From the IMG/VR virus record IMGVR_UViG_3300030328_002321, positions 1-64,000 of that record: 64,000 bases of DNA; one strand, 5' to 3'. The notes below the pieces were generated by a model, which worked only from the letters and a program-made list of their open reading frames with translations, was not told the DNA's origin and did no database searches. Both the position numbers and the translations under genes were made by a program. The stretch is from a virus. Below, piece after piece: positions 9,417-18,849 of this stretch. Within the stretch, counting starts at the first letter, position 1. Each line of letters begins with the position of its first letter.

Positions 9417-9947
9417 TTAGCAATCACATCCGCAACTATTGTCACAGACTTCTCTTGCTTTAGTGTATTTATTATGTGCGTCTGTAATATAACCATTTGC
9501 TAAAGTTTGGTTATCTAGATTATTTGATTGGTTTACTGAATATTCTGCTGCTTTTAATAGCAACATAATTTTTTGAGCTTTTGCTAATGTTTTAGAACAT
9601 CTTGCGCAATCACAATGACAATCTATAAGTTCATTAGTTAATTTTGTAAGACAACAATCAATATCACAATTTAATATTACTGTCTGTCTGTCTTTTTCTG
9701 CTCCATTAATGTACGAAATTACAGTTATAACTCCTTTATCTTGTGTTAAACTAGATGTATACATAGGTATACTAAGAACACCACTAGTAGAAGTGATGTT
9801 AAAATTTGGTGATGTTATATTTAATATGTTAACTCCTTGTGCATTTATAACTCCAAATGTTAAAGTTGTAGAAGTACTCGCACTATAATAATCTGCAATT
9901 ATATTTATTTGATCGCATGAATTAGATGCGGATATTTGTAATCCCAT
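9417..9947 (-). CDS. Putative tail protein with a Cys-rich C-terminal domain
   Basis: CDIDCC, DCHCDCARC and CDNSCGCDC motifs; lies in the tail module. Confidence 0.5.
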   Translation of the reverse strand: MGLQISASNSCDQINIIADYYSASTSTTLTFGVINAQGVNILNITSPNFNITSTSGVLSIPMYTSSLTQDKGVITVISYINGAEKDRQTVILNCDIDCCLTKLTNELIDCHCDCARCSKTLAKAQKIMLLLKAAEYSVNQSNNLDNQTLANGYITDAHNKYTKAREVCDNSCGCDC

Positions 9948-9968
9948 AATGTATTTTTTTTAAATGTG

Positions 9969-10014
9969 AAAAAAAAGACTAACAGGGGGACTATTGCCCC
10001 CTATCAATCTTTTA
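9969..10014 (-). terminator. Rho-independent terminator
   Basis: AGGGGG-N7-CCCCCT stem with an extension and an A8 run on the plus strand (U-tract on minus). Confidence 0.75.
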
Positions 10015-10029
10015 ATAAGTTAGTATTTC

Positions 10030-10404
10030 TTAGCTTTCAATAGCTATGAAATATTTAACATAGAAATTAAGTACACCGGCAGTTAATGCTGCTGTAGCAA
10101 TTGTAAATGTTAAAGATCCTGATGAAGTTGTTTTGTCATTAATTTCAATTAAAGTAACATCCTCATCATCCCAATCAGCATGATCGAAAGCTTGTGCTGC
10201 ATGAACAGTTACACCTCCTATTGCTAAAGCAACAGTAGCTGAACCACCACTAGTCATAGCAGTACTTGTATGCATGTACACATCAGTGATAATTGCATTG
10301 TTTGGAATTGTAAAGTTACTAGCTGGAGTAATTGCTGAAACTGCTCCTCCATCAACTGAAAAGTCATATGTAGCTTTACCGATAAATTCTTGTATATGTG
10401 CCAT
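10030..10404 (-). CDS. Small beta-rich structural protein (decoration-like)
   Basis: Ala/Thr-rich beta-sandwich-like composition; in the capsid/tail block. Confidence 0.45.
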   Translation of the reverse strand: MAHIQEFIGKATYDFSVDGGAVSAITPASNFTIPNNAIITDVYMHTSTAMTSGGSATVALAIGGVTVHAAQAFDHADWDDEDVTLIEINDKTTSSGSLTFTIATAALTAGVLNFYVKYFIAIES

Positions 10405-10431
10405 TTTATTTTATTTTTTAAAGATTAATAA

Positions 10432-11382
10432 TTAAAGTGTAACCGGAGCAAATCCAGCACTACCTAAATATGCATTCATTCTATTTTCAAAAGATAATGC
10501 ATTAGCACCTGAACCAGTAGTAATTGCAACACTAATATCTATAAGATTGTCTACACCATGAATTTGAGAATTAGAACTACCATCTTTAGTAGATACTATA
10601 TTCCAAACATCATAATTTGTTGTTACCACAGCATTAGTATTAGGAGCCTTTGGTAATTGAACTCTGTTGTAATAACCAGAATTAACTCCCATAAGAGCTT
10701 CTTCCATATCTTGAACATACTCTCCATCTCCATACCCAGGAGTACCATCTTGTACACCATTAGCTGCTGTATAAGTTTGAGTAGTAGTTGGGTTGTCAGA
10801 TACCATAACATCAAATATAGCTGGAGCATAGTTCCAAGTTTCTCCTGCACCTGCTGTTTGAGCTGCACCTTTTAAAGTACCTGTAAATGTTACTGTTGTA
10901 GTTCCTGCCGCTGTATCTAACCATGCTGGTACTTTATCTAATGCATTAAATGCAGTAACAATCGCTGCTCCTGCAGTTGCTGCATTTGAGCTAAGTGCAA
11001 TAGTTGCATTAAACTTAAAGAATTCTGGTTGAGTACCATCTTTTCTTACCAATTTAACTTCTATATCTTTAGCTGCTGCTGCAGATGTTCCTGATGGAGC
11101 TAATGTACTAGTGTGTGCAGTTTGTGCTGCGTAGCTTGCTCCACTCCAATTGATTACATCTCTACCGTAAAACCACGGTGAAACAATATTTTTACCTGAA
11201 CCTGAACTATCACCTTGTACAATTCTGATTCTATCAGCGTCTGCTATAGTGTCTCCCATTACTAGGGAAGTTGCACCACCGGTACCAGCCGCTTCTTTTT
11301 GAATGTCGATAGAGCCAAAGTCTAATACATTATTAGTGTACGAAACTGCGCTCTCATCTCCAATTAACAAATGTCTTGCCAT
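10432..11382 (-). CDS. Structural protein (crAss-like auxiliary capsid protein candidate)
   Basis: About 316 aa, Ala/Thr/Gly-rich, GTPGYGDG motif; third gene after the MCP, as in the crAss-like capsid module. Confidence 0.5.
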   Translation of the reverse strand: MARHLLIGDESAVSYTNNVLDFGSIDIQKEAAGTGGATSLVMGDTIADADRIRIVQGDSSGSGKNIVSPWFYGRDVINWSGASYAAQTAHTSTLAPSGTSAAAAKDIEVKLVRKDGTQPEFFKFNATIALSSNAATAGAAIVTAFNALDKVPAWLDTAAGTTTVTFTGTLKGAAQTAGAGETWNYAPAIFDVMVSDNPTTTQTYTAANGVQDGTPGYGDGEYVQDMEEALMGVNSGYYNRVQLPKAPNTNAVVTTNYDVWNIVSTKDGSSNSQIHGVDNLIDISVAITTGSGANALSFENRMNAYLGSAGFAPVTL

Positions 11383-11406
11383 TTTTTCTAATTTTTTTAA
11401 TTAATA

Positions 11407-12531
11407 TTATTCGTTCTTATTTACCTCTATTTGGTGAGTTTGATACCTTGGATCAGAAATCCCTTCAAGTATACTACTCACTGTCATGTCCACTATCTCT
11501 TGATGACAATGTTCGGGTAATTCACAACTAATCCCCAAAGATAATGAAATCTTTGCGGGTTTTCTTATATACGTTATTTTAACTGCGTCTATTATAAATA
11601 TATCATTCGTGTAAAAGTCCATTGCGTTTCCACGTATGGTATATAATGGGTCTGTGTATTTTGTTGTATTAAAAGGATCTGTTAACAGTGTAAATATATC
11701 ATCATGTTGTATAAATGTACTGCTTGATGAAACCTCTGTTGGATCGTCTAAAATTCTTTTAGCTCCAAGAAATGCTTGAGAGTATTGTAAACCTACAGTT
11801 TGTAATTGTGCTCCTAAAGAACTTACATGTACTAATGATGTTACTGTACCTACTGATAGATCCCAATTTATCCAAGTATGTACATCTGGATTTGGAACTA
11901 CAATAAAGTTTCCTGGATAATTTAAATCTCCGTACTGTTCCCAATAAACTTGAAAACCTATTCCTGAATTTTGTATAATATCTTCTCTAGCTGCATTTAT
12001 ATCTTGAGGATAAACATAATTATTATCATTTTGCCATAATACAGCTTGTCCTTTAGTTAAATCAGTAGCATCTTCATACATAATAAGATAATTTGCTATT
12101 GAACTATTATTATTTAATACTACTTGTGATAAGTTTAATATAAAAAATTGTATAGGTTCAGCTTCTTCTAAATTGTATGAAATAGGTGTACAATTATCAT
12201 TAATGTGTGTTCTTGATAATGTACTTACTAAATATAAATAATCATAAGGTAAAGTAAAAGTATCTATATCAAACTTGTTTCCTAATTGTTCTTTATAGTT
12301 TACTGGAGCTTCATACTCTCTAACTAAAGATCTTAAGTCATCAATTCTTTTTTGACTTTCTTCAAATCCTTTTCTATATTTATTGTTTTTACCGTATTTA
12401 GTATTTATAAATCTCATTTGAGACTTATTTAATTCTATATCTATTTCTTGAGATAAAAGCATATCAGCTTGGAGTGAATTTATTTTATCCACTCCTTGCT
12501 GTATTGCCAAATGCATTTCGTTTACATTCAT
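11407..12531 (-). CDS. crAss-like neck/ring (head-tail connector) protein
   Basis: N-terminal EMH...EIDIELNKSQ and FEESQKRIDDL, C-terminal YIRKP...CELPEHCHQEIVDMTV, matching crAss ring-protein patterns. Confidence 0.75.
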   Translation of the reverse strand: MNVNEMHLAIQQGVDKINSLQADMLLSQEIDIELNKSQMRFINTKYGKNNKYRKGFEESQKRIDDLRSLVREYEAPVNYKEQLGNKFDIDTFTLPYDYLYLVSTLSRTHINDNCTPISYNLEEAEPIQFFILNLSQVVLNNNSSIANYLIMYEDATDLTKGQAVLWQNDNNYVYPQDINAAREDIIQNSGIGFQVYWEQYGDLNYPGNFIVVPNPDVHTWINWDLSVGTVTSLVHVSSLGAQLQTVGLQYSQAFLGAKRILDDPTEVSSSSTFIQHDDIFTLLTDPFNTTKYTDPLYTIRGNAMDFYTNDIFIIDAVKITYIRKPAKISLSLGISCELPEHCHQEIVDMTVSSILEGISDPRYQTHQIEVNKNE

Positions 12532-12532
12532 A

Positions 12533-13345
12533 TTATACTAATGATAATTCTTTTAGTTTAGCTCTTAATAAAGTTAATTTACCAGAATTCTTTTTATCTT
12601 TTAGATGAACAACAGTATCATCTGTTGTATCTCCAAGTACTTCATCAATAAAAATTATCTGATTTCCTATTTTTCTTAGAACTCCTGCTGATACCATTTC
12701 TTCAATTTCAGCTTTTAGTTCTAAATTCTTATCTGTAGCAATTCTAAAGAATTTTTTTGGATTTGAATTTTTAATTTCATATAAAGAATTTTCTATTTGC
12801 TCTGCTGTCATTCTATCAGGATTAGTATTAGACATTAGTCTTAATACTCTCTTCATAGTTTTTTCATTAGAAGACATTTTAATAAATTCTTTATCTGCAT
12901 CTTTTTTAACTTGAATTTCATTATTCTTAACTTTATCAGCTCGTGTAAGATCTTGAATATAAAATCTTTTGCTAAAATCAGCATCCATCTCTCCTTTAGT
13001 CATAGCTACATGTGGATGTTTAATAGCAAATCTATATTTGATATAATCCATTATATTAATAGGATTATCATCATCATCCATACCTATTTCTAATTCTACC
13101 CCAGTAAAACCTACTGGTATTGTAAGTTCAGCCCAGAATTGTTTAGAATGTTTAGGCCAATCATTATGTCCTGGACTAACATCTAATATTCCATTCATAT
13201 ACTTTTTTTCTTCTTCAGGGGTAAATCCTTTTAAGGGTTGTCTATTTACATAAACGCTACTGAGTTTCATAACGGCCTCAGCTCTTACCGCTTTAGGCAA
13301 ATGGTTTAATAATTCCTTTTGTCTAATTGTTACTTTTTTACTCAT
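12533..13345 (-). CDS. Conserved crAss-like capsid-module protein (gene immediately after the MCP)
   Basis: Synteny and size; FWAELTIP and YIKYRFAIKHPHVA motifs. Confidence 0.6.
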   Translation of the reverse strand: MSKKVTIRQKELLNHLPKAVRAEAVMKLSSVYVNRQPLKGFTPEEEKKYMNGILDVSPGHNDWPKHSKQFWAELTIPVGFTGVELEIGMDDDDNPINIMDYIKYRFAIKHPHVAMTKGEMDADFSKRFYIQDLTRADKVKNNEIQVKKDADKEFIKMSSNEKTMKRVLRLMSNTNPDRMTAEQIENSLYEIKNSNPKKFFRIATDKNLELKAEIEEMVSAGVLRKIGNQIIFIDEVLGDTTDDTVVHLKDKKNSGKLTLLRAKLKELSLV

Positions 13346-13430
13346 AATTTCAGTTCTTTTTTTAAGGGTTAAGTTTGTTAGGATATAAAGAATAACTCTC
13401 CTAACGGAGTTAGATTAAAGATCAAAGCTA

Positions 13431-13448
13431 TGGGGGATTGCTCCCCCA
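13431..13448 (-). terminator. Hairpin after the MCP gene (terminator or mRNA stabiliser)
   Basis: TGGGGGA-GCAA-TCCCCCA on the minus strand (GNRA loop); weak U-tract. Confidence 0.55.
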
Positions 13449-13495
13449 CAACCTTAATCAAAAACCAATATATAGACGCAAATTAATGCCTATAG

Positions 13496-14944
13496 TTATG
13501 ACGCTACACAAGTAATATCAAGCGAAGTATCAAATCTCTTAAGAGCAATACCAGCTGTCTTTAACATATGTACCGAAGCACCATCTACATCAGAAGCTCT
13601 AGATGAAGTTGAATCAAATCCTCTAGGGACTACAGATCCAGCTACACACCATCTTAATGCCTCACGACCTTTCTTAGAAATCATTTGAAGGTTATTTTGA
13701 CCATCATAATTTGATTGATCAACAAATACCATTCTGTAAGATTCTAAAGAATATCCTGTTGTAGGGTGTTTTGCACGAGCTTGCGCCACGGCACCATGAT
13801 CAAATAATGGTAATTTTACCACATTGATTGTGTGTCCATCTACATGCTCATAGGAAGTGAAGTATCCAGTTAATCCTAGGTTACGTCCTGAACCTGTGAT
13901 AAATCTGTTTTCTCCACCTACTTTCCAAGTATTACCTGAAAAGTGTGATTTTAAAGCCTCATCAAATTCTCTTGCTCCACCAGTACCTGTATATAAAGTT
14001 ACTTGCTTAACAGAAGCATCAGTCATTCCGTAGAATAAATCTCCGATGATGTTCTTTAATTTTGTTTCAGTCATAGTAGAGTAAGTGTCAGTATTAACAA
14101 TTTGCTCTAAAAGACCAGGACCAACGATTACAGGTTGTCCATTCTCATCTTTCATGTAAGTATGTCCGTTTGCATCGTAAGTTTTTTGACCATACCAGTA
14201 GTACATTTCACACTCTTCTTTAAAGTCAAGCATGTGTAAGTACTCTTCATAGTCCATCCAAAGTTTAGTAGTAGATCCTCCTTTAGTTGGTAAAGAAAAT
14301 TCTGCTACATAATCTTTAGCATTTCCAGACATATGGTAAGATTTTCTTACAGTTGTAAGTTTATTTCTTACTAATCCTGGAGATTCCCAGTTAGAAGCAT
14401 TACCTCTAGAGAAGTCTACTCCCACCGGTGCATACATTTGCGCCCAAAGCGCTCCTGCTACACAATCCGCTGCTGCAACTGTTGCTGTAGCTGCTGGGTT
14501 AACTAATTGTAATGTATATTTCCATGAAGTTCCTCCTGATACTTGCTCAGGCTCTTTCATAATACGTGCTTGAGTACCCGCTTGAGATACTAATACGTAT
14601 GGAAATACAAAATGTTTATCAGGAAATTCCAGCTCAAAAGCTGCTCCTCCTTGACCTATTGCTGATCCTGTTGGTCCTGCTACTGCTACTGGTCTCGTTC
14701 TCAATCTATGTGTTGCCACACGATATTCATACTCCAAGCGATCAATAGACTTTGTGTTACCAACACCTTCCGTTAAGAAAGATAAAGGGAATCTTTTGTC
14801 GTCTTTTCCTGCTAAATGAGTAATAATTGGAGACAGTTCAGTAGGTTTAGACAACAATGCATTTGAAAGACTGTTCATATCAGTCATTTGCGAATCATTG
14901 TAAAACGTTTTTTGAACGCTTATATTTGTTCCATTTACTGCCAT
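13496..14944 (-). CDS. Major capsid protein (crAss-like, HK97 fold)
   Basis: 482 aa; LVRNKLTTVRKSY, GPGLLEQI, LYTGTGGAREFD and GYFTSYEHVDGHTINV motifs; portal-scaffold-MCP synteny. Confidence 0.85.
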   Translation of the reverse strand: MAVNGTNISVQKTFYNDSQMTDMNSLSNALLSKPTELSPIITHLAGKDDKRFPLSFLTEGVGNTKSIDRLEYEYRVATHRLRTRPVAVAGPTGSAIGQGGAAFELEFPDKHFVFPYVLVSQAGTQARIMKEPEQVSGGTSWKYTLQLVNPAATATVAAADCVAGALWAQMYAPVGVDFSRGNASNWESPGLVRNKLTTVRKSYHMSGNAKDYVAEFSLPTKGGSTTKLWMDYEEYLHMLDFKEECEMYYWYGQKTYDANGHTYMKDENGQPVIVGPGLLEQIVNTDTYSTMTETKLKNIIGDLFYGMTDASVKQVTLYTGTGGAREFDEALKSHFSGNTWKVGGENRFITGSGRNLGLTGYFTSYEHVDGHTINVVKLPLFDHGAVAQARAKHPTTGYSLESYRMVFVDQSNYDGQNNLQMISKKGREALRWCVAGSVVPRGFDSTSSRASDVDGASVHMLKTAGIALKRFDTSLDITCVAS

Positions 14945-14991
14945 TTTTATAAAATTTTATAGGGTACCTATTTCCCTGTTCAGGTATGTTT

Positions 14992-16077
14992 TTAAATATT
15001 AAGATCTAAACTATCTAAATCAAAACTTTTAGTTCTTCTTGTTTGTTTACGAGCACTTTTTACAGTCTCTTCGTTTTTAGATATTTTTTCTCTCAATGTC
15101 TTCGTAGCCGTTGTTTTAGCTTTTTTGTTAATTATTTCCTCTAGATTAAATCCTTTATACATTAAATAATCTATAGCTAATTTCTTTTCCATTTCAGCTT
15201 GCGAGTGATCTAAATCACGTTGCGTGTAACCTTCTTTAGTTACCGGCTTCGAGAGATAGTTAAAGAATTTTGTTTTTTCTCTTTCTGGAACTTGCAATCC
15301 TGCAAACTCTTTTGATTCTTTAATTGTCTCTTGAACTCCATTCCAGAACTTTACTTGTTCTTCTTGTTGCCTTTTTTGTTCTGTTTTTTGTTGTTCTACT
15401 AATTGCTCTTTTTCCTGTGCCTGTACTTTACCTAAAGCTTGTCTAGCTGCTTCTGCTTTATTATGTAATTTTCCAGAATCTTCATAGTCTTCAATCATTT
15501 CTTTAATAAAGTCTTGATCATGACCTTTTTGATTAAAATAATCAGCTAAAATTGCTTTTTGACTTCTTGAATCATCTTCTGCAATCTCCATACTATTATA
15601 ATCTAGACTAGGATCATAAGCTTTCATAAATTTTTGAGATTCTCCTCCAGCTAATACATAATCTAAATGTTTTTTAACTAAAGGAAATTTTTCAAGAACC
15701 TCATCAATTCTATCATCTGCCATTTGAGAAGCTACATCTTTAGTCATTTCTGTTAAACCTTCTGCGGTATCTTCATACTCACCTTCATATCCTAGGCTAC
15801 TTAGTATTTCTGATACAACTGTAGGTTCAGAAGTTTCTTCTTCTGTATCTTCTTTTTCTTCTACTTTTTCCTCTTTTACTTCTTCTTCAACTTCCTCTTC
15901 GTCATTATCTTCAATGTCTTCAAGTTCTGCTTCAGGTTTTTCTACTTCTTCTTTTACTTCTTCTTTTACTTCTTCAATAGGTTCTATTTCATCGATAGTA
16001 TCTACTGCAACTCCATCACCTGCAATGACTTCGTCAAAGGTAATATCGTCTAATTGTATTTTTTCATTTGGGTCCAT
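14992..16077 (-). CDS. Acidic coiled-coil protein, putative scaffold
   Basis: Glu-rich N-terminus and coiled coil; directly upstream of the MCP as in crAss-like phages. Confidence 0.7.
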   Translation of the reverse strand: MDPNEKIQLDDITFDEVIAGDGVAVDTIDEIEPIEEVKEEVKEEVEKPEAELEDIEDNDEEEVEEEVKEEKVEEKEDTEEETSEPTVVSEILSSLGYEGEYEDTAEGLTEMTKDVASQMADDRIDEVLEKFPLVKKHLDYVLAGGESQKFMKAYDPSLDYNSMEIAEDDSRSQKAILADYFNQKGHDQDFIKEMIEDYEDSGKLHNKAEAARQALGKVQAQEKEQLVEQQKTEQKRQQEEQVKFWNGVQETIKESKEFAGLQVPEREKTKFFNYLSKPVTKEGYTQRDLDHSQAEMEKKLAIDYLMYKGFNLEEIINKKAKTTATKTLREKISKNEETVKSARKQTRRTKSFDLDSLDLNI

Positions 16078-16097
16078 ATATATATTGTTTTAATTTA

Positions 16098-16105
16098 CAA
16101 ATTTA
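16098..16105 (-). promoter_or_regulatory. Bacteroidota sigma-A -7 element (TAAATTTG) for scaffold/MCP
   Basis: Matches TAnnTTTG, about 20 nt upstream of ATG 16077. Confidence 0.6.
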
Positions 16106-16167
16106 ACATTTAATTTAATTAGTTTTTAATTTTCTATAGTTTTACTTTTTCTTTTATTATATAACAC

Positions 16168-18849
16168 TTACCAGCATCCATACTTACATTTTTTCTTAAG
16201 TCCTCCTTTTTTAAACATGTTTTTAGTTCTTTTATTCCATTTTTTCCTTTCTACATTTATTTCTTTTTCAGTAAGATCTTGTATATTCTTACCATTAACT
16301 TTTCCTTTATGATTATTAAGCCAATATATAAAAACATTTTCTTGTGTAGGATTTTTAAGCACTTCATCAAAGTTATCTCTTCGTTCTACTCCTCCGTATA
16401 ACTTATCTCCTAAAAATAATGCATCTTGATCATCTCTACTAAGGTTAGAAAAATCTTGAGATGGACTAGCTATATATTTCTCATATATATTTGTAAAATC
16501 TTTTATAGTTTTAGTTGAACCAAAATATGTTTTATTTGCTGAAGAAGCTAAAAAATTAGCAGTTCTATTCATAGCTGTATTAGCTCCTTTTTTATCTCCT
16601 ATTTCAAATTGATATGCACCTCTACCAGGCCCATCATAAAAAGTTCCATCGTCGTTTTGTGAAACTTGAATTTTATCATCTACATTTCCAGATTCATGTT
16701 CAGCTATAGCATTCATAACAAGATTTACATTAGTTGTATCACTGCCTCTAAAATCCATATAACTCATCATATGATCTCTAAGACCACCATCTTCAAACTT
16801 CATATCAAATTTTTCACCTGTAATTTTATGTACTCCAGTATCAGGATCAATTAGAGTAGATCCAACACCAACTTCTAAAGGTGATAACATAAGTGCAGAT
16901 CTACCTAACAAACGCATTAAACTTCTATCTATTCTTGTATCTGGATTCTTTTTTCTATAATTTTCTATTTCTTTTCTTTTAAACTCATCACCCCTAATAT
17001 ATGCATCAAAGTACTGTTTAACATTCAAACCTTTAGTTTTTATATATTGTTTCATTCTTTCAAGGTCATTCATTGTCATCTGATCGTTTGTATAGCCATA
17101 AAGAAATGTTGGGGTACCTTTTTCTAAATCTTTTTTTACATTTAGATTTAAAACAGACATTATATTATCTTTTGAAAAAGCATCTTCTTTTAAAAACTTC
17201 CCTGTTTTACCAAATGTACTCCATCCTCCATCTTTAAAACTTACTGTTTCTTCCTTGTTTTCTGACGTTGCTGCTCCTGCACTTACAGCAACTGGAGCTA
17301 TAGCCCATGCTTTTCCTATAACGTTTTTCATTTGTTTTGGAGTAGCATCTGCATATCTAATAAGCATTTCTACATCATGAGGAACTTCTGATTTTGATAC
17401 AGCTTTAATAAGTGAACGTATCATATCATCTGTTAAATTTTCTGGCTTTCCATCCCACTTTACATTTTGTTTTAACCACTCTCCAGCTCTTACAAGTCTT
17501 GGTTGTTGTTCTGCAGGATCTTTCATATAATTTATTGCATTGGTTCCTACTTCTTTTTTTATTTTAAGAGTAGGATAGTTTTTATAAACTTCTGGTCCAA
17601 TAAATTCATCATACTGATTAGCTATTGGAGCATCTGGATTAGCAACTTTCATTTTTCCTGTAGGACTCCCAGCATGTCCAATCTCATGTTTTAATACATC
17701 CATTGTTTCGTCACTTAAATTTATTCCGTAACCTCTTTTTACATACATTCTTCCAACCTCTCCAGATGGGGCTCCATAGTATTGTCCCCAAGCGCCTTTC
17801 ATCCGCAGTTGTGATATTTGATCGTCAAAAAACTCCATATTTATAGGAGCTTCATTTACTTCTTTTACATAATCATCAACATGTGCTTTAACTACTTTCA
17901 AACTTTCTCCTGTATTAGCCATTCTTTTAGATGCATACTCATCACTTTGTAAATATTTTATATGGCTTAGTTTTGCTTTAAAAACTTTTTCTACATCAGC
18001 TTTACTTAATTTACCAGGATTTAAAGGCCCAGCTGCTAGTTCTTCTATAGGCGTATCATCTAGTAAAGACATATCGTCGTACTTAGGAACTCTTGCATTT
18101 GACATATCTGTAGAAAGTGGATTTTTTTTAAATAAATCTTTTGCTTTACCATATGCTTTTCCAATAGGTCCTAATATAACATCATCTATAAGTCCTGGTA
18201 TTTTTGCACCTGATGCTGATACTTTCATACTATTTAAGAAAGGAATAGGTGCAGCAAGTCCTATAAAAGTTTCACCATAATCTTGAGCCCTTTGTTTAAC
18301 GTCACCACTAGCATACATTTGATTAGATGATCCTGAGATCCACTGTTTATTAGGATTATTACCTATATATTTATTTCTAGTGTCGTAAACAACTCCTGTT
18401 ACACTCTCTCTAGTACCAGTATTTTTTTCAGTTATTAATCTTATCATTTTTTCTTGATCAGTCTCAGATTCTATTACTGTTGGGATATTTACAGGAGCAA
18501 CAGCTGTAGAAGAAGCTTCTGCTGTATGTAATCCTCCATGAGATTTTTTTACTCCTCCTGTTTTTAATAATTGAGGTTCTGGAGATCCTGTTGGTAAATC
18601 TTGTATTTGTAGAGATGTGTTACTAGAACTATCTACTAAAGAATTTGCAGTTGATGGAATAGAATCCATACTTACATTTTGTACTGGTGGGGGTGATGTA
18701 GGTGGAAGCTCTACAGGTTGAGGAGTAGAAATTTGTTGTTCTTCTTGTTGAGGTAAAATTGGTTGACCTTGAAGAGCTGCTATTATATCTCCAGATCCAG
18801 ATGTTTTTACCTGTTCTAGTATTGCTCTTCTATCTTGGTTTGTTAGCAT
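16168..18849 (-). CDS. Modular virion cargo protein with a zincin-like (HEIGH) and a lysozyme-like domain
   Basis: VLKHEIGHAG; AIAEHESG...GPGRGAYQFE; repeated xxxGG linker motifs. Confidence 0.55.
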   Translation of the reverse strand: MLTNQDRRAILEQVKTSGSGDIIAALQGQPILPQQEEQQISTPQPVELPPTSPPPVQNVSMDSIPSTANSLVDSSSNTSLQIQDLPTGSPEPQLLKTGGVKKSHGGLHTAEASSTAVAPVNIPTVIESETDQEKMIRLITEKNTGTRESVTGVVYDTRNKYIGNNPNKQWISGSSNQMYASGDVKQRAQDYGETFIGLAAPIPFLNSMKVSASGAKIPGLIDDVILGPIGKAYGKAKDLFKKNPLSTDMSNARVPKYDDMSLLDDTPIEELAAGPLNPGKLSKADVEKVFKAKLSHIKYLQSDEYASKRMANTGESLKVVKAHVDDYVKEVNEAPINMEFFDDQISQLRMKGAWGQYYGAPSGEVGRMYVKRGYGINLSDETMDVLKHEIGHAGSPTGKMKVANPDAPIANQYDEFIGPEVYKNYPTLKIKKEVGTNAINYMKDPAEQQPRLVRAGEWLKQNVKWDGKPENLTDDMIRSLIKAVSKSEVPHDVEMLIRYADATPKQMKNVIGKAWAIAPVAVSAGAATSENKEETVSFKDGGWSTFGKTGKFLKEDAFSKDNIMSVLNLNVKKDLEKGTPTFLYGYTNDQMTMNDLERMKQYIKTKGLNVKQYFDAYIRGDEFKRKEIENYRKKNPDTRIDRSLMRLLGRSALMLSPLEVGVGSTLIDPDTGVHKITGEKFDMKFEDGGLRDHMMSYMDFRGSDTTNVNLVMNAIAEHESGNVDDKIQVSQNDDGTFYDGPGRGAYQFEIGDKKGANTAMNRTANFLASSANKTYFGSTKTIKDFTNIYEKYIASPSQDFSNLSRDDQDALFLGDKLYGGVERRDNFDEVLKNPTQENVFIYWLNNHKGKVNGKNIQDLTEKEINVERKKWNKRTKNMFKKGGLKKKCKYGCW

